Source: Candidatus Saccharimonadales bacterium
Lineage (GTDB): Bacteria; Patescibacteriota; Saccharimonadia; Saccharimonadales; UBA4665
Direction of reading: 5' to 3'
Length of the DNA stretch: 64,000 bases
NCBI GenBank assembly: GCA_050730755.1
Contig: JBOHNR010000008.1
Coordinates: forward strand, 79,968 to 143,967
Of this stretch, positions 20,100 to 30,046 are shown one piece after another. The position numbers and the translations under genes are program-made. The notes below the pieces were generated by a model. The model was not told where the DNA came from and ran no database searches. It saw only the letters and a program-made list of their open reading frames with translations. Each line of letters opens with the position of its first letter. The stretch's first letter is position 1.

Positions 20100-21326
20100 C
20101 TATACAAAGATGAAATCATAAAGTTTATTTAAAATTAGATTTCTTTCGAAATGTTTAAAATGATAATCCTTACCCAAATCTCCCATCTTCTTTCTTTCCT
20201 TTATCGACATTGAGTAAACTTTTTTAATATTTTCAGCGAGTCTTCTTGAGTTATCTGTTGGCCCCACAAAACCACAACCTATAGTGTCATTAACTAATTT
20301 TTGTACCTCTCCGTCCATTGCCAATACCATTGGTCTACCCGCAGCAAAGTACGACATTACTTTAGCCGGTACTGTAGCTTCAAGTAATTCACTTTTTACT
20401 AGACACCCAAGCAACACATCTGCCAGGTCGGTATATTTCGGTATATCTTCAATTGGCTTAAAGCCTTCAAAGTAGAATATATCCTTAAGATTAGCTTTTA
20501 TCACTGCATTCACGACCTGCTTTCTAGACATACCGTCACCAACAATTATCCAATTTATATTCTTGAAACCAGCTTTCTTAAGTATAGCTGCTGCTCTGAT
20601 GATTGTATTAAATGACTGAGCGGGACTGATATTGCCGGTGTAGAGTACGTTGAAGCCCTTAGTAAACCTTTTTGTTAATTGATTATCATGTGTTTCAATT
20701 TCAAATATTTTTTCGCAAGCTTGAGGTAGCACAATTATCCTCTCTGCTGAAGTTTGAGTGATGTCTATGAGTTGATCCTTCATCTTTTCGGACAGCACAA
20801 CTAACTTATCGACATGCCGGTAATGCCAGTAGGACCATCTTGTCATAAAGCCGCGCAGAAGCGGATTCTTTACTTTTAAGACTGAAAATAAATTTTCAGG
20901 CCACAGATCAAGTACGTACATTGTTGTTTCGATCCTTTTTATTTTACCGACTATTATTCCAGCTATAGACATCATTACAGGCGATAGCTGATAAATAAAA
21001 ATCTTGTCATATTTTTTGATTAAAAGTCTCGGCAGATGGAAGAGACTAGCAAATGGGAAGGACATGTAATTTAAAAATATGCGTATATTTGTATTGCTAC
21101 CTCTCGGTATTTCAAATGTGCGCCGTATTTCTACACTTTTATGAATTTGCTTTCTGTTGCGAAAATAGGAATAACCATCAAAAAACTTACCTTGGGGATA
21201 GTTGGGTATTCCGCACAAAACTTCGAGGTCACAATCTTTCTCTACAAAAAAATCGCAGATATCATTTATCCGAAAAGATTCTGGCCAGAAATGTTGGCAA
21301 ACTACTAATATCTTTTCCTTTCGCAT
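20100..21326 (-). CDS. wbuB: GT4 glycosyltransferase, WbuB-like (L-FucNAc transferase type)
   Basis: N-terminus KILVVCQHFWPESFRINDI typical of the WbuB family. Directly downstream of the fnlABC-type genes. Start set at ATG 21326 (the ORF extends to 21374). Confidence 0.65.
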   Translation of the reverse strand: MRKEKILVVCQHFWPESFRINDICDFFVEKDCDLEVLCGIPNYPQGKFFDGYSYFRNRKQIHKSVEIRRTFEIPRGSNTNIRIFLNYMSFPFASLFHLPRLLIKKYDKIFIYQLSPVMMSIAGIIVGKIKRIETTMYVLDLWPENLFSVLKVKNPLLRGFMTRWSYWHYRHVDKLVVLSEKMKDQLIDITQTSAERIIVLPQACEKIFEIETHDNQLTKRFTKGFNVLYTGNISPAQSFNTIIRAAAILKKAGFKNINWIIVGDGMSRKQVVNAVIKANLKDIFYFEGFKPIEDIPKYTDLADVLLGCLVKSELLEATVPAKVMSYFAAGRPMVLAMDGEVQKLVNDTIGCGFVGPTDNSRRLAENIKKVYSMSIKERKKMGDLGKDYHFKHFERNLILNKLYDFIFV

Positions 21327-21580
21327 AGTAATTTTTAGTGAAGTAGCTGAGTCTTTGGCTCTTTTGATGTACAATTATGCCCCTTACCCAAGCCTATAAA
21401 CATCTCCTTATAACGAGTAACATAAAAATAAGTAGCGCACGTCGTATATAGATTCTGACGTATGACTCATCTTGGTGTTAGAAGTTTCAATGTAGTTATT
21501 AAAGAATTTGCTAAAGAATTGCTGATTAGCCCTCTTTGTGTTAAGTATCGTTTTTTTACCATTACTCATATTTTGACCTT

Positions 21581-22747
21581 TTAAATATTTGGCTGTAGCT
21601 TTACGCATACCGAAAATATCTTATTTTCCCATACGGTTTGATTTATTATTTTTGTGTAGCTCTGTATGATTTTCACAACCTTTATAGAAACATTTTGATC
21701 TTGATAGTCTTCTGACAAAACAAATAGCTCATCGTTTTTCTTAAGCTCACGAGAAAGTTCAATTGCTTGTTCAATGTCTTCTCCTGTAATCCCACCTATA
21801 AGTATGGAACCCTTATCGAGGACCTCAGGCCTTTCGGTTGATGTTCGGATCAAAACCCCGTAAAAACCTAAAATTGCGCTTTCCTCTGATAGCGTGCCGC
21901 TGTCAGAAAGAACGCAAAACGCATTCATTTGTAAGTGGTTATAGTCAAAAAAACCAAAAGGTTTAAGTATTTGTATGAGGGGATGTAATTTAAAACCTCT
22001 TTTAGTAATCCTATCAAGACTCCTGGGATGCGTTGAATAAACTATTGGCAACTTATATTTGTCAGCAATGTTGTTAAGAGCGGTCATCAAAGAGTTGAAA
22101 TTTTGCTCATTATCAATATTTTCTTCACGATGAGCAGATACGAGCATATATTCATCCTTCTTAAGCTTTAAGTCCTGAAGAACGTCGCTGCTTTTTATCT
22201 CAGCCAAGTGTTTTTCAAGCACTTCCGCCATTGGGGAGCCTGTAACAAATATATGCTCCTTACGTATACCTTCTGACAATAAATATCTGCGAGAATGCTC
22301 TGTGTATGGAAGGTTGATATCAGATATATGGTCGACTATCTTACGATTGATTTCTTCGGGGACATTCTGATCGAAACAGCGATTTCCGGCCTCCATATGA
22401 AAAATTGGAATTTTGAGTCTTTTAGCGGATATAGCACTCAGCGCACTATTTGTATCACCGAGCAACAAAACTGCATCTGGTTTTTCTTTAAGCAAAACAT
22501 CGTATGACTTGCTAATAATATTTCCCATAGTTTCACCCAGAGATGTGCCCACACAATTAAGATGAAAATCTGGTTTCCGCAACTTAAGGTTTTCAAAGAA
22601 TACCTGGTTGAGTGAGTAATCGTAATTTTGACCAGTGTGTACTATAAGGTGATTAAAATACTTATCACATGCCTTCATAACTTCGCTTAATCTTATGATT
22701 TCTGGGCGGGTCCCAATAATTGTCATAACCTTTAACTTATTCATCAT
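21581..22747 (-). CDS. fnlC: UDP-N-acetylglucosamine 2-epimerase, non-hydrolysing (FnlC/CapG type)
   Basis: MTIIGTRPEIIRL N-terminus, HMEAGNR and SDSG motifs. Synteny with fnlA and fnlB. Confidence 0.8.
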   Translation of the reverse strand: MMNKLKVMTIIGTRPEIIRLSEVMKACDKYFNHLIVHTGQNYDYSLNQVFFENLKLRKPDFHLNCVGTSLGETMGNIISKSYDVLLKEKPDAVLLLGDTNSALSAISAKRLKIPIFHMEAGNRCFDQNVPEEINRKIVDHISDINLPYTEHSRRYLLSEGIRKEHIFVTGSPMAEVLEKHLAEIKSSDVLQDLKLKKDEYMLVSAHREENIDNEQNFNSLMTALNNIADKYKLPIVYSTHPRSLDRITKRGFKLHPLIQILKPFGFFDYNHLQMNAFCVLSDSGTLSEESAILGFYGVLIRTSTERPEVLDKGSILIGGITGEDIEQAIELSRELKKNDELFVLSEDYQDQNVSIKVVKIIQSYTKIINQTVWENKIFSVCVKLQPNI

Positions 22748-23882
22748 TACCTCCGGTTACTATTTCGACTTTTTCATAATTAGTGTCAGGATGATTCTTG
22801 TCAAGAATTTCATTAGCCCAGAAAATCGTAATCAGATCCGTTGATCCTGTATTTTTAATCGTATGAACGTATCCGGTCGGCATGTCTAAAACAGTTGGTT
22901 TATCTCCGGTAACTTTATATCGTATTATTTTTCGGCTGTTTATCTTGTTGCGAAAGGATATTTCTGCTTCACCCTCCACAACCAAAAACTTCTCTATCTT
23001 TGTGTGATGCCAATGATCTCCTCTTGATATACCTGGTTTCGTTGTTGAAATAAAGACCTGGCCAAATTGTTTTGATTTTATAAATTCTGCTAACCAACCT
23101 CGATTGTCAACGTGCATTTCTAGATCATATGAAAAGTTGTTGGTACTTAAATAGGAGATGTAAGTTGCGTATAGAAATTTATTAAAAATATCTTCGAAAT
23201 TTGGGACCACCAATGTTGTACGAACACCACGAAGGGCAATTATTCTATCTTTAAGATCACCTAGGTCCATCTTAAACGTTCTTGGAATAGTGTAGAAACT
23301 ATCTTTAGACGGGATAAAGCTTCCAGTAAGCTGTCTGATAAACATATCCACCACATCGTCTATGTATACTAGTGTTATTTCTTTTTTAAGGTCTGACACT
23401 TGTACAGGTAAATTATGGGCAATGTTATAGCAAAATGTTGCCACAACTGAGTTATAGTCCGGTTTACTCCATTTGCCGAATACGCCAGGCAGTCGATAAA
23501 TATAGATACTGTTATTGGACTCATTACTCCACGCCAGTAAAGCTTTTTCTGCGGCGAGCTTACTCTTGCCATAAGGATTATCAAGGTTAGCTTGAGTAGA
23601 AGATGTCAAAAGTATTGGAGCTTTGCTATTTGTACTACGTGATAGCTCAATTATGTGTTTAGTTAAGATTTGGTTATCTTTTGTAAAGTCTTCTTCATCT
23701 TTCGGGCGATTAACACCTGCTAAATGAAAGATAAAATCAGCTTCTTGCACAAATTTAGCGAGTTCTTTGAGAGTATTGTTGCGAGTATACTTAAGAACTT
23801 TAATACCATCGGTTAACATAAGTTGCGAACAAAGATTCTTACCTATAAAACCTGAAGCTCCAGTTACGAGAACAGTTTTCAT
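22737..23882 (-). CDS. fnlB: FnlB/CapF-type bifunctional reductase/epimerase (SDR + C-terminal cupin)
   Basis: N-terminal VLVTGASGFIGKNL Rossmann motif. C-terminal cupin GDHWHHTKIEKFLVVEGEA. Confidence 0.8.
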   Translation of the reverse strand: MKTVLVTGASGFIGKNLCSQLMLTDGIKVLKYTRNNTLKELAKFVQEADFIFHLAGVNRPKDEEDFTKDNQILTKHIIELSRSTNSKAPILLTSSTQANLDNPYGKSKLAAEKALLAWSNESNNSIYIYRLPGVFGKWSKPDYNSVVATFCYNIAHNLPVQVSDLKKEITLVYIDDVVDMFIRQLTGSFIPSKDSFYTIPRTFKMDLGDLKDRIIALRGVRTTLVVPNFEDIFNKFLYATYISYLSTNNFSYDLEMHVDNRGWLAEFIKSKQFGQVFISTTKPGISRGDHWHHTKIEKFLVVEGEAEISFRNKINSRKIIRYKVTGDKPTVLDMPTGYVHTIKNTGSTDLITIFWANEILDKNHPDTNYEKVEIVTGGNDE

Positions 23883-24904
23883 TTACTAAGGCCTGATTTT
23901 TTTAACTCTTTTTGTATATAGTCTACCGTTAATATCTTTTGTATCGTCTCTTGAACATTTAATCTTTTAGTATTATGTGAAGTATATTCTTCGACTTCAT
24001 TAACTTTTTTACTGCCTTCTTCGAAATATTTTCCATAGTTAAGGTCTCTATTATCTGCAGGAATACGATAGTAATTACCGAGGTCTTCTGATTTGACTTT
24101 TTCTTCACGCGTCATAAGAGTTTCGTGAGCCTTTTCTCCATGACGTGTGCCAATTACTTTTATTGAGACACCTGACTTAAAAAGTTGTTTAACCGCTTGG
24201 GCTAAATCACCTACGGTGCTGGCGGGAGATTTCTGAACAAAAAGATCACCTTGTTTGGCATTCTCAAAGGCAAACAAAACCAAATCGACTGCTTCATCAA
24301 GATTCATTAAAAAGCGAGTCATATCTGGGTCTGTAACAGTAATTGATTGTTTTGAATTAATTTGTTCAACAAAAAGAGGTATCACAGAACCTCTAGATGC
24401 CATAACGTTGCCGTAACGAGTACAGCAAATTGTTGTGACGGCCGGGTCGACATTTCGAGATTTTGCAATGATTACTTTCTCCATCATAGCTTTCGAAGTG
24501 CCCATGGCGTTAATTGGGTAAGCAGCTTTGTCGGTAGAAAGGCAAACTACTTTATTAACACCCTCGTCTATTGCTGCGGTCAATAGATTATCAGTTCCCA
24601 AAATATTAGTGCGTACCGCCTCCATGGGGAAGAACTCACAGGAAGGTACCTGCTTGAGTGCAGCAGCATGAAAAATGTAATCTACTCCTTTGACTGCTTC
24701 TCGTAGACTTTCAAGATTTCTAACATCGCCAATGTAAAACTTTATCTTTTCGTTCTTAAATTTTTTCCGCATATCATCTTGCTTTTTCTCGTCACGAGAA
24801 AATATCCGAATTTCCGCAATGTCACTGTCTAAGAATCGCTTAAGAACGGCGTTGCCAAAAGATCCAGTACCACCTGTAATAAGCAAGGATTTGCCTCGAA
24901 ACAT
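23879..24904 (-). CDS. fnlA: UDP-GlcNAc 4,6-dehydratase/5-epimerase (FnlA/CapE type)
   Basis: LLITGGTGSFGNAVLKRFL...IRIFSRDEKKQ...HAAALKQVPSCEFFP...TRYGNVMASRGSVIPLF closely resembles CapE/FnlA as I remember it. Confidence 0.85.
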   Translation of the reverse strand: MFRGKSLLITGGTGSFGNAVLKRFLDSDIAEIRIFSRDEKKQDDMRKKFKNEKIKFYIGDVRNLESLREAVKGVDYIFHAAALKQVPSCEFFPMEAVRTNILGTDNLLTAAIDEGVNKVVCLSTDKAAYPINAMGTSKAMMEKVIIAKSRNVDPAVTTICCTRYGNVMASRGSVIPLFVEQINSKQSITVTDPDMTRFLMNLDEAVDLVLFAFENAKQGDLFVQKSPASTVGDLAQAVKQLFKSGVSIKVIGTRHGEKAHETLMTREEKVKSEDLGNYYRIPADNRDLNYGKYFEEGSKKVNEVEEYTSHNTKRLNVQETIQKILTVDYIQKELKKSGLSK

Positions 24905-24984
24905 ACAACTCCTAAAGATTAGTTACGCTTCATCTACATTATCAGATTTAATAGGCTAACACCACTGTTAACTACTAGGCTAAC

Positions 24985-25497
24985 TTATATGTATTGGGCT
25001 TGGAGTTTACGAAAAGCTACAGCTGAGTATGTATCATGTGTTTGTGAGTCGTCAGGTATGAAAAGAGTACTGGCAATTACTAAAAGTACAGTTTCTTTAT
25101 TTTTTACTTCATAAGTGTGCAATATAAAGGGTGGTATCCATAGTCCACTTTTGGGGCTTAAATTAAATACTTTCTCGTTGCCAAACAGGTCTTCACATGT
25201 CCACTTTACTGACCCTTTGATATTAAAAACCAACTCGTTACGGATTCTATGCCATTCGTTTGCGCCGATTTGCTTCTTTTGGATATCGCTGACCGTATAA
25301 AGCCTTAAACCTTTAATATCTATCGGAACTTTTTTCATCTCTGAGTTATCATACTGAAAATATTGATTTATGATTTGGTCAAAAGGTATGCTTGCTAGAA
25401 CGTCAAGCTTGCCACCAGATTTTGTTTCCCACGGACCCTTACTCTTTATTATGCGTATTTTATTTAAACTAGGCATAGAGTTGGGTGGATTAATCAT
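24985..25497 (-). CDS. WxcM/FdtA-like cupin-domain protein (possible sugar 3,4-ketoisomerase)
   Basis: 170 aa with a cupin-like core (WHRIRNELVFNIKGSV...GLWIPPFILHTYE...LLVIAST). The canonical RGxHAH motif is not conserved, so function is uncertain. Confidence 0.4.
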   Translation of the reverse strand: MINPPNSMPSLNKIRIIKSKGPWETKSGGKLDVLASIPFDQIINQYFQYDNSEMKKVPIDIKGLRLYTVSDIQKKQIGANEWHRIRNELVFNIKGSVKWTCEDLFGNEKVFNLSPKSGLWIPPFILHTYEVKNKETVLLVIASTLFIPDDSQTHDTYSAVAFRKLQAQYI

Positions 25498-25870
25498 CTT
25501 TTTTTGGTCGGGAAGTGCCAGTACCTGATAGTCTGATCGATAATTCTTGATGTAAGTCCTGTACCCGATGTTCTAGTGTATCCAGTTTTATGCGCGAACG
25601 GCTTTCCATGTATAGAATCACAATAATACCGGTAATTTCAATAACGTCGAATAAACTCAATGGCTCAGTTTGGGTTAATTTGTTTGAAAATAAAAAGTCA
25701 TAAATAGGCTGTGCACATGCTAACCCTGTAAAAATTACTAGCCAAAAAATTACATGTCTGGTAAAAATTTTGCGAGAGAACCTACCCATTTTGTAGTCAA
25801 CTACTGCGCTTAAAAGTGCTGCCAAAACCAAAGGTGTATTTAAGATTACAAGGATAAGATATCTACTCAT
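25490..25870 (-). CDS. DUF2304-like small membrane protein
   Basis: 126 aa, 3-4 TM plus a charged C-terminal helix. Overlaps and follows a GT2 gene, the usual DUF2304 context. Confidence 0.5.
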   Translation of the reverse strand: MSRYLILVILNTPLVLAALLSAVVDYKMGRFSRKIFTRHVIFWLVIFTGLACAQPIYDFLFSNKLTQTEPLSLFDVIEITGIIVILYMESRSRIKLDTLEHRVQDLHQELSIRLSGTGTSRPKKDD

Positions 25871-26579
25871 TAAAGAACTCCACTAAACGTCTCCGTAGTA
25901 ATGACTTAACGATGTTAAATGCATTCCAACTATTTTGCCCTTTTGCTATAGAGTAGTTTGTATATATGGTTTTAATAGGATACTCGTCGATATTTAGACT
26001 GAGTTGTTTTGCCCTCCACAGCATCTCAGAGCAAAATTCATATCCGCTAGTCTTCCATTTGAGACTTTCAAGCGAATGTTTCGAAAACACTCGTAAACCA
26101 GACTGTGAATCGGTTACATTAATACCAAATAGCAAATAAGTAATGATGCTTAGACCCTTATTACCCATGACTTTTATTTGAGACATATCTTGTTTATTAA
26201 GGAGGCGGCTTCCTATCAGAAGATCAATAGTACCATGAGCCATTAAATCGGTGCCTTTTAGGACGTCTTCGGGTGAGTGTTGACCGTCAGCATCTGAGGT
26301 GGTAGCAATATCGAAACCGTTTTGATAAGCATAGCTTAAACCTGTGGCAGTGGCACTCCCACTACCCATATTTAAAATATGTTTAATCACTAAGGCCCCA
26401 CCAGACTGAGCTTGCTGAGCTGTGTCGTCTTTTGACCCATCATCAATGACAATAATTTTAAAGTTATAAGATGTTTTTTTAAACACTTTGTTGAGGTCAG
26501 TAACGACATGCTTGATGACCTTACCTTCATTGTAGGCAGGGATAACAAGCGCCACACTTTTTTTATCCGCACTCTGCAT
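25863..26579 (-). CDS. GT2 glycosyltransferase (polyprenol-phosphate sugar synthase-like, soluble form)
   Basis: LVIPAYNEG...VIDDGSKD...TSDADGQH motifs. Confidence 0.7.
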   Translation of the reverse strand: MQSADKKSVALVIPAYNEGKVIKHVVTDLNKVFKKTSYNFKIIVIDDGSKDDTAQQAQSGGALVIKHILNMGSGSATATGLSYAYQNGFDIATTSDADGQHSPEDVLKGTDLMAHGTIDLLIGSRLLNKQDMSQIKVMGNKGLSIITYLLFGINVTDSQSGLRVFSKHSLESLKWKTSGYEFCSEMLWRAKQLSLNIDEYPIKTIYTNYSIAKGQNSWNAFNIVKSLLRRRLVEFFNE

Positions 26580-26583
26580 AGTA

Positions 26584-27441
26584 CTAAACTAATCTTAACA
26601 GATAATTTCCATAGCCAGATTTGCTAAGTGGTTCTGCAAGCGCTAGGAGTTGTTTATTTGTTATGAAACCTTCTTGCCAAGCGACCTCTTCGATACAACC
26701 GATCTTATAACCTGTTCGTTTTTCAATAACCTCAACAAACTGAGTGGCATTGTTCATTGATTCAAAAGTTCCCGTGTCTAGCCAAGCTGATCCACGACCC
26801 ATCGTCTGAACTTTAAGTTTACCCCTTTGCAGATATGCTTCATTGACCGATGTGATTTCCAGTTCTCCACGACGACTTGGTTTAACATTTTTTGCTATCT
26901 CTACAACACTGTTATCATAAAAATATAGGCCCACTATTGCATAGTTGGATTTTGGTTTTTCTGGTTTCTCTTCGACTGATATAGCACGCCGACTAGTGTC
27001 AAATTCGACAACACCGTATTTCTCTGGGTCTGATACTTGGTAAGCAAACACGATACCTCCATCGGGGTTTACACAACGTTTAAGACTATTGCCAAACCCG
27101 TGACCATAAAAAATATTGTCTCCTAGTATCAATGCAACCTTGTCCTTACCAATAAATTTTTCCCCTATAACAAAAGCTTGCGCTAGACCCTCTGGTTTTG
27201 GCTGGAGTGCGTATTTGAATAGACACCCCATCTGGGAACCATCACCTAATAATTGTTTAAATATGTCTTTATCTTCAGGTGTGGTGATGATGAGAATTTC
27301 GCGAATTCCGGCCATCATAAGTGTGCTAAGAGGATAATAAATCATAGGCTTGTCATAGATAGGCATGAGTTGCTTAGAAACGGCTTTAGTAAGTGGATAC
27401 AACCGTGTGCCGGAACCGCCAGCTAAAATAATACCTTTCAT
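26584..27441 (-). CDS. rfbA: Glucose-1-phosphate thymidylyltransferase
   Basis: [18 protein letters not shown], ...LGDNIFYG..., 285 aa. Confidence 0.9.
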   Translation of the reverse strand: MKGIILAGGSGTRLYPLTKAVSKQLMPIYDKPMIYYPLSTLMMAGIREILIITTPEDKDIFKQLLGDGSQMGCLFKYALQPKPEGLAQAFVIGEKFIGKDKVALILGDNIFYGHGFGNSLKRCVNPDGGIVFAYQVSDPEKYGVVEFDTSRRAISVEEKPEKPKSNYAIVGLYFYDNSVVEIAKNVKPSRRGELEITSVNEAYLQRGKLKVQTMGRGSAWLDTGTFESMNNATQFVEVIEKRTGYKIGCIEEVAWQEGFITNKQLLALAEPLSKSGYGNYLLRLV

Positions 27442-27495
27442 AACTCTGATTCCTTTCCAAAGTAGTTTTTGTATGCCGTTATTATCTTCATTCTC

Positions 27496-28554
<1,059 letters not shown>

Positions 28555-28752
28555 TTAACAATAAAAATAACCAACCCAGTAACAAAATTACTAGCAGTAT
28601 TACAAGAATCGATTTGTTTGGTGAGTGCATCCACGGGGGATATACCTTTGCTTACGTTTATGCTGCTCAACCGACACGTTTCAAGTGTTAGCTATTTACA
28701 GATTATGTCTAGAAAGCTAAACTGTCAAATCAAGAAGATTCAATTATTAAAC

Positions 28753-29877
28753 TTATCCTCCAATGTATCCGCCGGCATATTGAAACAAAAAATATGTCCA
28801 AACAACGCTAGTAACTATCAAGGCGAAAGTGTAACCAAGTTTTTTATCGCGTAGATAGCCGTAGAGCATAAGCTCTAAAGGAAAAGCCATCAAGACGTAT
28901 CTGTTAAAGCCACCAAATTGTTTACCGACTAATGGAATAAGAATAAATAGTAATGAATAAATCGAAAAACTTCTTTTACGGTTCCACCAATATATAGCTG
29001 TAATGATCAGTAGAATTATAAAAATTAGATTTAAGAAATCGACTGTAGTTAGTAGGTTGGAAAAACCGTGTTGCAGCCAGCCATGATTTGATACCTGTGA
29101 AGTAATAAAGGCTAAAGGTTTATTAAAGTTAACTTTTAAGAACAAAATGTATCCGAGTAAGCCCAAACTCCCTACAATGATCGTTCCCGCAAAAGTTTTT
29201 ATTTTTGCCTTTTGTTCTAGCAAGATCATAGCTAATAGTGCCAATACGAATATACCGGTTACGTGTGTAGCGGTTACAAGCATAAGCAATAATGCCGCCA
29301 CGAGGTATTTTTTGCGCAGGGCGCTATAAATGGCCCCTAAAGATAGAAACGCAAACAGGCTTTCTGTATAAGTAGCTAGAAAAAATACGGCTGTCGGGAA
29401 TAGTATGAAAAACAGAAGCCCTTTGATAGCCTCCATATTGTCTGTGATCTTGAATAGAAATTTGACGATTTTGAGGTAAAAATAAATTACTCCAACAAAG
29501 CTCAGCCAGGACACAGCGAGAGCGCTGTTAAGCGGGGAACTAATAACCATGTTAATTATTCGTGCAATCAAAGGATATAAAGGGAAAAAATTAGCTTGAG
29601 TTGCGCTGGTATAGCTGTTTTGTTCAATGTTCAAGTAGTCTGGTCCATCCCAATTCGACAAAAAACTAAGGGGATTAGTTTGTTCTTGGTTGTAGTGGGC
29701 GATTACTGATGGGTTTGTCAATACGATTTTGTTGTTATACCACCCTAAAAACACCCCACACGATATAACAATTACGGCAACTACTATCGATAGATAGAAA
29801 TCTTTAGTAAGGATAAAATGCTTTATTTTGGAGTACGCAGCTAAAATGTTATTTATTGAAGGCATATTCACTTGCAT
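28753..29877 (-). CDS. Polytopic membrane glycosyltransferase-like protein (PIG-V/GT-C-like)
   Basis: 374 aa, about 9 TM. First-loop motif WDGPDYLNIEQNSY resembles the WD..Y..IA..GY of PIG-V-type mannosyltransferases. Confidence 0.45.
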   Translation of the reverse strand: MQVNMPSINNILAAYSKIKHFILTKDFYLSIVVAVIVISCGVFLGWYNNKIVLTNPSVIAHYNQEQTNPLSFLSNWDGPDYLNIEQNSYTSATQANFFPLYPLIARIINMVISSPLNSALAVSWLSFVGVIYFYLKIVKFLFKITDNMEAIKGLLFFILFPTAVFFLATYTESLFAFLSLGAIYSALRKKYLVAALLLMLVTATHVTGIFVLALLAMILLEQKAKIKTFAGTIIVGSLGLLGYILFLKVNFNKPLAFITSQVSNHGWLQHGFSNLLTTVDFLNLIFIILLIITAIYWWNRKRSFSIYSLLFILIPLVGKQFGGFNRYVLMAFPLELMLYGYLRDKKLGYTFALIVTSVVWTYFLFQYAGGYIGG

Positions 29878-30046
29878 TATCTATATTTAATACTGGAAAT
29901 CAATTAGCTTTTCTACCGTATAGCACCCTAAATTTTAGTATAATCCGATACAATTATATCTATATACGTACCATAGCTGCTAATAAGCTGAGTAATTTAG
30001 TATTTGTTAGGATTCAATGAATTGAAATTACGCATCAGTAATCGGA

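Noticed and set aside
21408-21608. 66-aa minus-strand ORF in the fnlC-wbuB gap.
   Set aside because: It overlaps the fnlC 3' end, and has no SD and no recognisable features. It is kept only as a note that the 206-nt gap is unexplained.
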